A stretch of DNA of 32,000 bases from Wolbachia endosymbiont of Drosophila innubila (GTDB lineage: Bacteria > Pseudomonadota > Alphaproteobacteria > Rickettsiales > Anaplasmataceae): contig NZ_CP076228.1 in assembly GCF_021378375.1 (NCBI RefSeq), positions 1,200,001-1,232,000 of the forward strand. The letters run 5' to 3'. The notes under the pieces were generated by a model. It had not been told where the DNA came from. It searched no databases and saw only the letters and a list, made by a program, of their open reading frames with translations. Below, piece by piece: positions 9,091 through 17,417 of the stretch. Position numbers and translations under genes: made by a program. Every line of letters begins with the position of its first letter. Positions within the stretch are counted from its first letter, which is position 1.

Positions 9091-9633
9091 TTAAAACATA
9101 TTTTTAAATTTCTGCCAAAATCCTGGTTTATTATCATTAACCTTTGTAAATGTTATATTTAAACTGTATTTCGGATCATTTGGCACGTCGTATTTTATGC
9201 TAAATGTTGAAACTTTATCGTTATTGTAAATATGTACATCATCATATGATAGCTTTGTTGTGTAACACTTTACATACTTTTGCTTATCATGCACTAAATC
9301 ACCTGACTCCCTTTCTAGTTCCACAAATTTCGTTTTTTTCTGACATTCCTTCATTTTTATTAAATCCTTATCTAGTGATATTGAAACTGGCAACGTATTT
9401 CCAGCATATTCTTTAGCTAAAAGTTCACTTTGAGGATACATTTTTATTTCCCTGCCAAAATGTGAGTCTATGAAATTATTACTCCAAAATTTATCGCCAG
9501 AATGCACGTACTCATCAGTAGCATACGGCACCCCACCATAATTGCATTGAACTTTGTAATCTCCAACACCGTTGTTTTGAAAAAAATCATGAATAGCAGT
9601 GTAGCTACCGGCAGCATCATTTATATAATCCAT
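9091..9633 (-). CDS. Hypothetical protein (180 aa, no recognisable domain, no signal peptide or TM)
   Basis: Clean ORF with an AAGGA RBS about 9 nt upstream of the ATG. Lies 109 nt downstream of the PLD/Nuc gene on the same strand. No motif recognised. Confidence 0.6.
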   Translation of the reverse strand: MDYINDAAGSYTAIHDFFQNNGVGDYKVQCNYGGVPYATDEYVHSGDKFWSNNFIDSHFGREIKMYPQSELLAKEYAGNTLPVSISLDKDLIKMKECQKKTKFVELERESGDLVHDKQKYVKCYTTKLSYDDVHIYNNDKVSTFSIKYDVPNDPKYSLNITFTKVNDNKPGFWQKFKNMF

Positions 9634-9659
9634 TACTTTATTCCTTAAATTTTTAGTTC

Positions 9660-9687
9660 ATTATATCATAATCATTATGCCAATCAA
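9660..9687 (-). promoter_or_regulatory. Putative sigma70 promoter for the 180-aa orphan (TTGATT-16 nt-TATAAT on the minus strand)
   Basis: Minus strand reads ttgattggcataatgattatgatataat. The -35 maps to 9682-9687 and the -10 to 9660-9665, about 27 nt upstream of the ATG at 9633. Confidence 0.4.
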
Positions 9688-9742
9688 TCAAAAAAGCTCT
9701 CCCTTGCTGTTTTTAAAACTGATTTTGAGCAAGCGCTCTCGA

Positions 9743-10300
9743 TTAGTTGGGAGCGTATTTGTAAGATTGTGACATTCGTGCCTCCCAGTTTTTCACATAC
9801 TGCTGAATCAATTCAGGATAATCTGTAATAATTAATAAATTTTCAGCATTTCCTTTTTTAGCTGTCTTACTAAGGTTAAATGACCCTGTGATGACTTTTT
9901 GATTGTCAGCAATCATTATCTTATTATGAGCAATCTTTGGCTTATCATCGATCCAAATTGGTACTCCACCTGAAAATAATTCATTTATAACACTATATTT
10001 TGAGTAGAGTTGCGATTTATCTAAGATGACTTTAACATCAACACCGCGTTCTTTAGCATTAATCAAAGATTTTGCAACTGTTCCAAGAGTAAATGTATAT
10101 TCTTGAACTAAGATAGATTTTTTAGACTGATCTATTACGTTGATTATCGGTACAGCACAATCTTCTCCAGGTGAAAAGCAAACCGTAGCTTTTGGGCAGG
10201 GCGAAAATATAAAACCCGCATAGTAATACAGAGAAAAACACATTAACAAGAATAAAAAGTGAAAAAGCCTCACAACAACCCACCCCCGGATATACGGCAA
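9743..10300 (-). CDS. Phospholipase D superfamily protein, single-HKD Nuc-like endonuclease/phospholipase with an N-terminal signal peptide
   Basis: HKD motif AHNKIMIADNQKVITGSFNLSKTAKKGNAEN (H.K....D......GS.N). Small size (~175-185 aa) as in Nuc and rickettsial PLD. Hydrophobic N-terminus RLFHFLFLLMCFSLYYYAGFIF. The tracked ORF starts at a TTG (10300). A GTG at 10273, preceded by GGGGGTGG, is a more plausible start. Confidence 0.85.
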   Translation of the reverse strand: MPYIRGWVVVRLFHFLFLLMCFSLYYYAGFIFSPCPKATVCFSPGEDCAVPIINVIDQSKKSILVQEYTFTLGTVAKSLINAKERGVDVKVILDKSQLYSKYSVINELFSGGVPIWIDDKPKIAHNKIMIADNQKVITGSFNLSKTAKKGNAENLLIITDYPELIQQYVKNWEARMSQSYKYAPN

Positions 10301-10328
10301 TAGGCTACATTATAATTTAATCACCTGT

Positions 10329-10819
10329 CAATAGACTTCTTGCATAGTTTTTGGCAACAACCGTTAGAAACGAAAAAACTTACTTGACAAACTCCGCCAG
10401 CCCCCTTATCATGAAACTGAAGGTATTCAGTTATCTTCATCTGTGCAGATTAAACAGCAAGAAAACAACGTAGTTGGCGTCTTATTTTTAATTTTTTGCA
10501 CTATGTGCACCTTATGTCTTCACAATATTTCTAGGTTTTTACCTACACAAGCTGAAACGCGCTTATAAGTCGTTTAAGACAGTATAGTACGGCAATTTGC
10601 AGGATTAGGGAGTGACAACTAGCTAACACGGGGTTTCTTTTGCCTTTTTTTCTGCTTAGTAAATTTCTTAAACATTTAAACTAAGGTGAGTTGCATTTAA
10701 AAGCAGCTAAATTGCAGTGTTTAAGACTTAAAAAACGCCAATGTTCTAAAATAGATATTAGCTGGGGCTTCTTTTGCCTTTTTTTTCGCTTGGTAAATTT
10801 CTTAATGTTTATAGCTAAC
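10329..10819 (+). repeat. Copy 1 of an ORF-less ~490-bp repeat (paralogue of 26189-26688); carries the left terminal repeat only
   Basis: Shares caatagacttcttgcata, an identical 40-mer (cttgacaaactccgccagcccccttatcatgaaactgaag), tttaattttttgcactatgtgcac, ggtttttacctacacaagctgaaa, and two T-rich subrepeats with the second copy. Confidence 0.85.
10384..10412 (+). promoter_or_regulatory. Near-consensus sigma70 promoter inside repeat copy 1 (TTGACA-17 nt-TATCAT)
   Basis: -35 at 10384-10389, a 17-nt GC-rich spacer, and -10 at 10407-10412. Identical in the second copy. No conserved ORF downstream. Confidence 0.55.
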
Positions 10820-10856
10820 ATGAAGCTAAGTACGAACTTTGTTAAATACAACAAAT

Positions 10857-11020
10857 GGTGTCATCCCAGTGCTCCTTTTTTTGTCATCCGAGTAGCTGAC
10901 ACTGGGATCTATTTTGCATGTAACTCCAATTGTGTTTTGGCATAAAACGCGACGCGTATTAGACTTATTTGCAAGCAAAGCTTGCTAGATCCAAGTAGTC
11001 AGGGCACTGGGATGACACCC
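10857..11020. repeat. MITE-like palindromic element (family 2: GTCATCCCAGTG...CACTGGGATGAC termini)
   Basis: Left end ggtgtcatcccagtgctcc (10857-) and right end agggcactgggatgacaccc (11001-11020) are inverted copies. An internal half-repeat gtcatccgagtagctgacactgggatc is present. Confidence 0.75.
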
Positions 11021-11027
11021 TGACAAT

Positions 11028-11096
11028 CGTCATCCCGCTACTTGTTAGCGGATGAGATACCGCGGCGGTATGACGGTTTGTGGCGGTATAATGAAG
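11028..11096 (+). repeat. Family 1 double-hairpin palindromic unit (single copy)
   Basis: cgtcatcccgctacttgttagcgg...gagataccgcggcggtatgacggtttgtggcggtataatgaag has the same architecture as the units of the 26696-27125 array. Confidence 0.8.
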
Positions 11097-11108
11097 CTTG
11101 AAAGCGGA

Positions 11109-11933
11109 TCACCTTTCACGACCCGTGTTTACTTCATTCACTTTAGGAGTATTAACAGGCGTTATTGCCGGGTTTTCAAGCTTTGTTGCCTGCTTCAAAC
11201 CCTCGCTTACACTTTTGTCCTTTAAAATTTCATCAAGCTGCTTACTCTTTTGTTGCTCTTCGTTATTTGACGTATCTCTTTGAGCATCTTCTTTCATGCC
11301 ACGAGCATTCTCTACATCCTTTTCACCTTCACCTAAAAATTTTTCTAATATTTTCTTAACAAAGCGCTTCAGAAGACTCAAAAACCCTTCTTCTTTTTGA
11401 TTTTCTTGTGGTTGAGGCGTGTTATCTTTTTTGTCCGGCTCAGTGTTGAGCTTCTCTTTTACAGAACTCTTGCTTACTGAGGGATTAACGGTTTGTGAAT
11501 CGTGCTCTGATGCTGTTTGCACAGAAGCTTCAGTAGTCTTTTTTTGTGTATTATGTTCAAGGTCTTTAACTGCTGTTGTAGTTTTTCTCGGAGTGTCTTG
11601 GAGTTTTTTGTCACTTTTTGGCTCTGCAACTTTTTCACTTGTGAAGATGCCCTTCCCTTTATATTGTTGGTCAAGCTCAGCAATTCTTTCAAAATCTTGA
11701 CGTACTTTTTCATCTGCACGTCCTTTTTGACTTTCAAATTTCTGACTCAATTCTGCAACGTTTTTCATTTTGTTCTCAAGCTCCTTACTTTTCACAGCTT
11801 TTAGAGCCTCTGTTCCTTTTGCGATATAATTAACCTTCTTTTCTAATGAGGTACCTTCTGGAAAAGCACCTGGAGAACGTTCAAAAACATCTTTAAACTT
11901 TTTTTCAACACTTTCTTTAGATGTCTGGGCCAT
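11109..11933 (-). CDS. Hypothetical protein, 274 aa, K/E/Q/T-rich and predicted intrinsically disordered
   Basis: Long ORF with low-complexity charged composition, no Cys or Trp, and no hydrophobic segment. All + strand ORFs across it are low-complexity shadows. No recognisable domain. Confidence 0.6.
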   Translation of the reverse strand: MAQTSKESVEKKFKDVFERSPGAFPEGTSLEKKVNYIAKGTEALKAVKSKELENKMKNVAELSQKFESQKGRADEKVRQDFERIAELDQQYKGKGIFTSEKVAEPKSDKKLQDTPRKTTTAVKDLEHNTQKKTTEASVQTASEHDSQTVNPSVSKSSVKEKLNTEPDKKDNTPQPQENQKEEGFLSLLKRFVKKILEKFLGEGEKDVENARGMKEDAQRDTSNNEEQQKSKQLDEILKDKSVSEGLKQATKLENPAITPVNTPKVNEVNTGRER

Positions 11934-12100
11934 ACCTGTTACCTATTAAAACATATCATATAATCAGTATATTAGCTAATTATATAAAAAACAGTTAACA
12001 TAACTTGTGGTAAAAAGTGTTTATCAAGGGCGTCCTATTTATATCTTTTTCATTAAAATGCTATTTACTTATTAAGTTAAAATGTATAATTATATAAGAG

Positions 12101-12739
12101 ATGAAAGATAGCTCATTAGCAGTAGTATTCGATTGGGATAATACCTTAGTTGACACTCAAGATAATATTTTTAATGCTATTAAGCATACCATAAACTCAA
12201 TGGGGTATAGTAATAAAGCTGCTGATAGAAATTCCCATGAGTCGAGAAAGAGCTATATGGTCAATTTATTTGGCGATCAGTGGAAAAAAGCGAATCAGAT
12301 ATATCAACAATATTTAGATGATGCACTATTGCAAAACATTGCTTTGAATCAAGGAGTAGAGAAAATGTTGCAGACACTGAAAAGCCACAATATTTATCTA
12401 GCAATAGTAAGTAATAAGAAAAATACTAATTTACGTAAAGAAGTTGCCTATTTTAAACTAGATTCCTACTTTGAAAGAGTGGTTGGGTCATGCGATACTG
12501 CAGAAGATAAACCATCTGCAACCCCACTGCTATTTGCACTAGAAGAGAGTACGTTGCCTATAAATAGAGAAAATGTGTTTTTCGTTGGTGATAGCATCAC
12601 AGATGTTCTGTGTGCACAAAATGCCAATTGTTTACCTATTATATACGGTCAATCAATAAGCGGTTATGAAGATTTGTTATGTTTTCAACATTTTGATAAA
12701 CTTACAGATTTTATAATAAAGTATTTAGAAGATAGGTAA
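12101..12739 (+). CDS. HAD-superfamily hydrolase (phosphoglycolate phosphatase-like, subfamily IA)
   Basis: Motif I VVFDWDNTLVDT (DxDxT), motif II VSNK, motif IV GDSITD. Confidence 0.8.
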   Translation: MKDSSLAVVFDWDNTLVDTQDNIFNAIKHTINSMGYSNKAADRNSHESRKSYMVNLFGDQWKKANQIYQQYLDDALLQNIALNQGVEKMLQTLKSHNIYLAIVSNKKNTNLRKEVAYFKLDSYFERVVGSCDTAEDKPSATPLLFALEESTLPINRENVFFVGDSITDVLCAQNANCLPIIYGQSISGYEDLLCFQHFDKLTDFIIKYLEDR

Positions 12740-13236
12740 TGACCACTGTTACAGAGATTGCCAGTATAATAAGACGCTTTTGCGCATATTTGATAGATAG
12801 AGCAATTTTATTAATTCCAAACTTATTAATCAGACTATTGTTAAAGAATTTTCCGTTAATTTCATCTATGTGTATAGATTGCAGTTACTTCACATATTTT
12901 ATATCTTCAAAAGCCCAAGCAACTCCTGGTCAGCAATTAATGAACATACATACCATAAGCTTGGACGGTTCTAAAATAGATTTGAGTTTAGCATTTGATA
13001 GAAGCATTTCTCAGTTTTTTCTTTCTCTATTATATAACATAATAGTTATCCTCATCGAGCTTTTCCAAGAACAGGACGTGTTAATAAACGCCTTCGATAT
13101 ATTAATAGTGCTACTCACTATATTAACGGTGCTGCTCACTCTTTGCTGGTATCTAGTTGCTTGCTTCTCTAAGAAAAAACAGACATACCACGACATGCTA
13201 TTTAATACGGTTGTTATCAAAGGAAATATTAAATGA
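12739..13236 (+). CDS. RDD-family integral membrane protein
   Basis: N-terminal RRFCAYLIDRAIL (RDD-type) followed by several hydrophobic helices. The start ATG overlaps the HAD stop (TAATG), suggesting translational coupling. Confidence 0.6.
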   Translation: MTTVTEIASIIRRFCAYLIDRAILLIPNLLIRLLLKNFPLISSMCIDCSYFTYFISSKAQATPGQQLMNIHTISLDGSKIDLSLAFDRSISQFFLSLLYNIIVILIELFQEQDVLINAFDILIVLLTILTVLLTLCWYLVACFSKKKQTYHDMLFNTVVIKGNIK

Positions 13237-13295
13237 GTTGCTATAACTATCGTTATCATATAAATTATGCTGATGAATTGAACTAAGGGAAGATT

Positions 13296-13772
13296 ATGAA
13301 TGAAGAGATAGTAAAACATTTGAACAAATTATTGACCAATGAGCTAACTTCTGTACGCCAGTATCTTTTGCATTTTGCGATTCTCAAAAACAATGGAATT
13401 AATAGATTTGCAGAAAAGGTAAAAAATGAGCTTAACGAAGAACTTGAACATGCAAACAAGTTGGCAGAAAGAATTTTGTTATTCAAAGGAGTTCCAAATT
13501 TTCAGGATACAAACGAAATATCAAAGCATGATGGAAAGTTTACAAAAGACACAATACGGAAAATCTTAGAAGCTAATTTGAAATTAGAGGGAAAAGGTAT
13601 TAAGGATATCAAAGAAACGATTTCTATCGCTGAGAAAGAAAAAGATTTTGTTAGTGTAATGTTATTAGAAGAGATGTTAAAAAATGAAGAAGAGCACTTC
13701 CATTGGATTGAAAAACAGATTGACCTTATTGAACTAATGGGTGTTGAAAACTATTTAAGAACACAAATATAG
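13296..13772 (+). CDS. bfr: Bacterioferritin
   Basis: Aligns along its full length with E. coli Bfr at an offset of 2. Ferroxidase ligands are conserved (E16, E49, H52, E in KLEG, E/H in EEEHFHW). C-terminal MGVENYLRTQI. Confidence 0.9.
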   Translation: MNEEIVKHLNKLLTNELTSVRQYLLHFAILKNNGINRFAEKVKNELNEELEHANKLAERILLFKGVPNFQDTNEISKHDGKFTKDTIRKILEANLKLEGKGIKDIKETISIAEKEKDFVSVMLLEEMLKNEEEHFHWIEKQIDLIELMGVENYLRTQI

Positions 13773-13773
13773 A

Positions 13774-14391
13774 GTGTTAAAAAAAATAGTATTTATTTTA
13801 ATTGTACCTTGCTTGCTCCTTTTTTTATTAGGATTATGGCAAGTATTCAGATTGAACTGGAAGAATAATATTATCAAAAATATGAGTCTTCCTGTTGTTC
13901 ATCTGTTGCCCAATAACGACCTTGAAAAATTTAACTATAGGCATGTCAAGATTGATGGGATTCTAAGTGACATAGAACTATATGTTTTTGCAGGGCAACA
14001 CGGCTATCACGTGCTGTCTCCTATGTTGCTCACCACTGGACGTTACATGTTGGTGAATAAAGGAATAGTCAGAGAAAAAAAGGAGAAAAAAGTAAAAATT
14101 GAAAAAGTAGTTGCAGATGGAATTTTATATTGCGATAGCAATAAAAGTAAAAATTGGTTTATCAAGAACGATACTGCTTCGAATACATGGTTTACCCTGA
14201 GTACAGAAGAAATTTCCAATGAGTTAGGTATTGAGCTAGAGAAGTGTGTATTGTGGCCGAACAATTTTGGCAGCAAAGTAGCTATACAGCCAATGAAGCA
14301 TTTGGAATATGCAATCACTTGGTTTGCACTTTCCTTAATTTGGTTGATTATGTGCGTAATTTACTATAGGCAAAACCTCAATAAAGCTTGA
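13774..14391 (+). CDS. SURF1-family cytochrome oxidase assembly protein
   Basis: N-terminal TM followed by LGLWQVFRLNWK (SURF1 signature G.WQ..R..WK) and a C-terminal TM with HLEYAITWF. GTG start 1 nt after the bfr stop. Confidence 0.8.
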   Translation: MLKKIVFILIVPCLLLFLLGLWQVFRLNWKNNIIKNMSLPVVHLLPNNDLEKFNYRHVKIDGILSDIELYVFAGQHGYHVLSPMLLTTGRYMLVNKGIVREKKEKKVKIEKVVADGILYCDSNKSKNWFIKNDTASNTWFTLSTEEISNELGIELEKCVLWPNNFGSKVAIQPMKHLEYAITWFALSLIWLIMCVIYYRQNLNKA

Positions 14392-14421
14392 AGCTTTCTG
14401 TACATAAAATTAGAGAAGTAG

Positions 14422-16140
14422 TTATTCATCTTTATCACTACCAAGGTCTTTTAACATACTGTAATTGCCTTTTCTGAATCTACTTTTTAAAGACGTAACT
14501 CCACTTTCGCTAATACCACTAAGGCTCAGTGCAGCTCCACCTAGCTGCAATCCTATCTCAGATGTTTCAGGAATAATTTTACTAGCTCCTAGATCTCTAT
14601 AAACCTCCACATTACCCAGATCTGGTAAGCGTATTACAATATTTACATGCGGAAAATTTGCTGCAACTAAAGAAACAACTTTTTTTATAGTAACTTCATT
14701 CCTTATTGAAATAACGAGAGCTTGAGCTCTTTCTATTCCTACCGATTTTAAAATTTCATATCTTGTAACATCTCCAAGATATATAGGAAAACTATCACTT
14801 TTTCCTTCTTTGACTATTTTCGATTGAATATCTACAACAACGTAACTTAAATGCTCTGCCGTAAGCATTTTTGTTACCATATATCCCACTCTACCAAATC
14901 CAGCAACTATCACATGGTTATAAAGATCTTGTGTATCTGTTTCAACAGCTTCATCATCTAATATTGTTTTCTCAGTGCTAAATGAGTTTGCTATCCAATC
15001 TCCAAGCCCCGATAAAAGAGGAGTGAAAGCCATGGTTACTGTAGTTATCATCATAAGTACTTGAGCGATTTCACTTGGTAGCACATTTAGCTCATCTGCT
15101 AAGCGAAACAAAATAAACGCAAATTCACCGCCTTGTGAAAGCAGTAACCCAGCTTGTATAGCAGGTGCACTCTTAAACCCAAAAAATCTACACAATATAT
15201 ATATAATAGATGTTTTTAAAACGATAAGGATAATCGATAATAAAGTAATTAGTGGTAACTTATTGAGTAAAAGTTCGGTATTGATGGACATACCAACAGT
15301 CATGAAAAATAAGCCAAGAAACAAATCTTTAAATGGCAATACTGCGTGTTCTACTGAGTGTCTATATTCTGTTTCTGCAACTAACAATCCAGCAACAAAT
15401 GCACCTAATGCTAACGATAAATGGAATTGCTCAGTAATAAATGCTGCTCCTAATACTATTAAAAGCGTTGTTGATATAAAGATCTCATTACTTTCCATTT
15501 TAGCAATAACCGAAAATAAAGGTCTAAGCAATAATCTACCAGTTATAAATATCAGCACTAATGCAATAGCTGCTTGCACCAATGAACCTGCCAATGAGCT
15601 TATCAGGCTGTGCTCAGAATTGCCAGTAAGTAAAGGTACCAATACTATTAATGGTACCACTGCAAAATCTTGCATTAATAGCACTGCTATCGACAACCTA
15701 CCAACCTGACTTGCTTGAGAACCTTTTTCTTGCAGAACCTGCAACACTATTGCTGTTGAGGATAGCGCAAGCCCACCACCAATAACTGTTGCTATATTCG
15801 TATTCACTCCGAAAGCAAGAGCGATGCACCATATTGCTACCATGGTAACTATAACTTGAAGAGAACCGAACCCAAATACATGAATACGCATAGCGATCAG
15901 GCGTTCAAATGTCAATTCAAGGCCTATAATGAATAATAGAAAAACTACACCAAATTCTGCAAGATTATCCATTGCTTCAGCTGAGTGTATCAGATTAAAT
16001 CCGTGAGAACCAATAACTGCACCTGCAACGAAGTAACCAAGCACTGGACTAATATTCATTTTCCAAAATGCTATGACTATAAACACAGCAGCAGAAAGCA
16101 AAATTATAATATCAAACAAATGCTGAGAGCCACTGTGCAT
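14422..16140 (-). CDS. kefB: CPA2-family monovalent cation:proton antiporter, KefB/KefC-like K+ efflux protein with a C-terminal TrkA-N (RCK) domain
   Basis: About 12 hydrophobic helices, then the Rossmann motif VIVAGFGRVG. 572 aa. Confidence 0.85.
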   Translation of the reverse strand: MHSGSQHLFDIIILLSAAVFIVIAFWKMNISPVLGYFVAGAVIGSHGFNLIHSAEAMDNLAEFGVVFLLFIIGLELTFERLIAMRIHVFGFGSLQVIVTMVAIWCIALAFGVNTNIATVIGGGLALSSTAIVLQVLQEKGSQASQVGRLSIAVLLMQDFAVVPLIVLVPLLTGNSEHSLISSLAGSLVQAAIALVLIFITGRLLLRPLFSVIAKMESNEIFISTTLLIVLGAAFITEQFHLSLALGAFVAGLLVAETEYRHSVEHAVLPFKDLFLGLFFMTVGMSINTELLLNKLPLITLLSIILIVLKTSIIYILCRFFGFKSAPAIQAGLLLSQGGEFAFILFRLADELNVLPSEIAQVLMMITTVTMAFTPLLSGLGDWIANSFSTEKTILDDEAVETDTQDLYNHVIVAGFGRVGYMVTKMLTAEHLSYVVVDIQSKIVKEGKSDSFPIYLGDVTRYEILKSVGIERAQALVISIRNEVTIKKVVSLVAANFPHVNIVIRLPDLGNVEVYRDLGASKIIPETSEIGLQLGGAALSLSGISESGVTSLKSRFRKGNYSMLKDLGSDKDE

Positions 16141-16145
16141 GATAT

Positions 16146-16718
16146 TTAACCTGTAGAATTAGACCATTTAATTGAGCAGCCAATACTTGATTTTTGGTCA
16201 ATTGGAGAATTACCAGTTTCTGCAATAAATTTCATAGCTTGAAATAAGTCACTACTTCCTACTTCATAGCTTTGAACCTTTTCTTTTTTTGTGTCGTTAA
16301 AACGTCCACGATAGCAAAGGTTTAAATTGGAATTAAAGCCGAAAAAGTCAGGAGTGCAAACAGCCCCGTATTCTTTAGCTATTTTCTGTGTACTATCAAT
16401 TAAATATGGAAATATAAACTTATTTTCCTTGGCAAAATTAATCATATTTTCAAAGGAATCTTCTGGATATTCATTTACATCATTTGGCATTATTGCAATG
16501 GTGTTTACCTGATAATCTTTTTTCAATTGATCAACATCGCTTACCAGATTGCTAATAATTGACTGAACGTAAGGACAGTGATTGCATATAAACATTATAA
16601 TAAGACCATTTTTTCCACAACAGTCACTTAATGCATAATATTTATTGTCTACTCCCAAAAGATTAAAATCTTTTGCAGTAAAACTAAAATCGACTTTAAG
16701 AGTATTCAGAGCAACCAT
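16146..16718 (-). CDS. Thioredoxin-fold thiol-disulfide oxidoreductase (redoxin / AhpC-TSA-like family)
   Basis: CxxC-type motif FICNHCPYV in a ~190-aa thioredoxin-like protein. Lies 5 nt upstream of kefB on the same strand, so probably an operon. Confidence 0.65.
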   Translation of the reverse strand: MVALNTLKVDFSFTAKDFNLLGVDNKYYALSDCCGKNGLIIMFICNHCPYVQSIISNLVSDVDQLKKDYQVNTIAIMPNDVNEYPEDSFENMINFAKENKFIFPYLIDSTQKIAKEYGAVCTPDFFGFNSNLNLCYRGRFNDTKKEKVQSYEVGSSDLFQAMKFIAETGNSPIDQKSSIGCSIKWSNSTG

Positions 16719-16826
16719 AGACTATTATTATACCACATGTAATTTACGGTCTTATTATTTAAATGTCAAACGGTTTCTATGTATACTGTTTGCATATTCT
16801 TTTTTAGCATTATAATTATAAAACTT

Positions 16827-17417
16827 ATGTTCATAACTTTCGAAGGAATAGACGGCTCTGGTAAAACAACACAATCTAAGCTACTTGCAAATCATTTTAA
16901 GCAAATTCGCGGCGAAAATAATGTGGTATTGACTCGAGAACCAGGTGGCACTAACTTTGCAGAGAAGGTAAGAGGAGTATTGTTAACGAATAATATTGAT
17001 TCTATTTCTGAACTCTTGCTACTTATCTCGATGAGGCGCGAACATATGAAAAAATTAATATTACCAGCTCTTGCAGAAGGAAAAATAGTGATTTGTGATC
17101 GGTTTATTGATTCAACTATTGCATATCAAGGATATGGGTTTGGAGTTGACTTAGGGCTAATAAGGGACTTACATAAGCTAGTGGAAATTAAATATCCAGA
17201 TATTACATTCATTCTAGATATTGATGTTAAAGTTGGGTTAAATAGAGCAAAAGACAAGAATAAATATGAAGAAATGGATGTTAATTTTTACAATAAGGTC
17301 AGAAAAGGATTTCAGGAAATAGCCATAAAAGAGCCCGTTAGGTGCAGTGTTATCACTGGAATTGAAACAAAAAATGATAATCACGTACACAATGAAATTA
17401 TTGATAAAATCACCTAG
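16827..17417 (+). CDS. tmk: Thymidylate kinase
   Basis: MFITFEGIDGSGKTTQ (P-loop), the REPGGT and DRF.DST.AYQG motifs. The tracked ORF begins at 16779, but its first 16 codons (MYTVCIFFFSIIIIKL) are a non-conserved extension, so the ATG at 16827 is preferred. Confidence 0.88.
   Translation: MFITFEGIDGSGKTTQSKLLANHFKQIRGENNVVLTREPGGTNFAEKVRGVLLTNNIDSISELLLLISMRREHMKKLILPALAEGKIVICDRFIDSTIAYQGYGFGVDLGLIRDLHKLVEIKYPDITFILDIDVKVGLNRAKDKNKYEEMDVNFYNKVRKGFQEIAIKEPVRCSVITGIETKNDNHVHNEIIDKIT

Noticed and set aside
10411-10473. Small ORF starting at the ATG that overlaps the -10 hexamer (MKLKVFSYLHLCRLNSKKTT; counterpart at 26262-26303, MKLKLFIYLLCTD), considered as a type I toxin-like peptide
   Set aside because: Length and sequence are not conserved between the two copies beyond the first four codons. 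There is no RBS, and the ATG overlaps the proposed -10, so it would not be in the transcript.
10691-10945. 84-aa ORF in the six-frame track
   Set aside because: It lies entirely within repeat DNA, crosses subrepeat and palindromic-element boundaries, is not preserved in the second repeat copy, and starts at a non-ATG codon (the listed N-terminal Met is a TTG initiator).
11098-11804. Several + strand ORFs (61-95 aa) opposite the K/E-rich gene
   Set aside because: These are F/L/S/C-rich shadow frames produced by the antisense of GAA/AAG-rich low-complexity coding sequence. There are no RBSs, and they overlap one another.
15263-15709. 148-aa + strand ORF inside kefB
   Set aside because: It is antisense to a well-supported membrane transporter gene, has an N/T/S-rich composition, and has no independent signals.
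16779-16826. N-terminal 16-codon extension of tmk in the ORF track
   Set aside because: The extension (MYTVCIFFFSIIIIKL) precedes the canonical MFITFEGIDGSGKTT start of thymidylate kinases, so the ATG at 16827 is the likely start.
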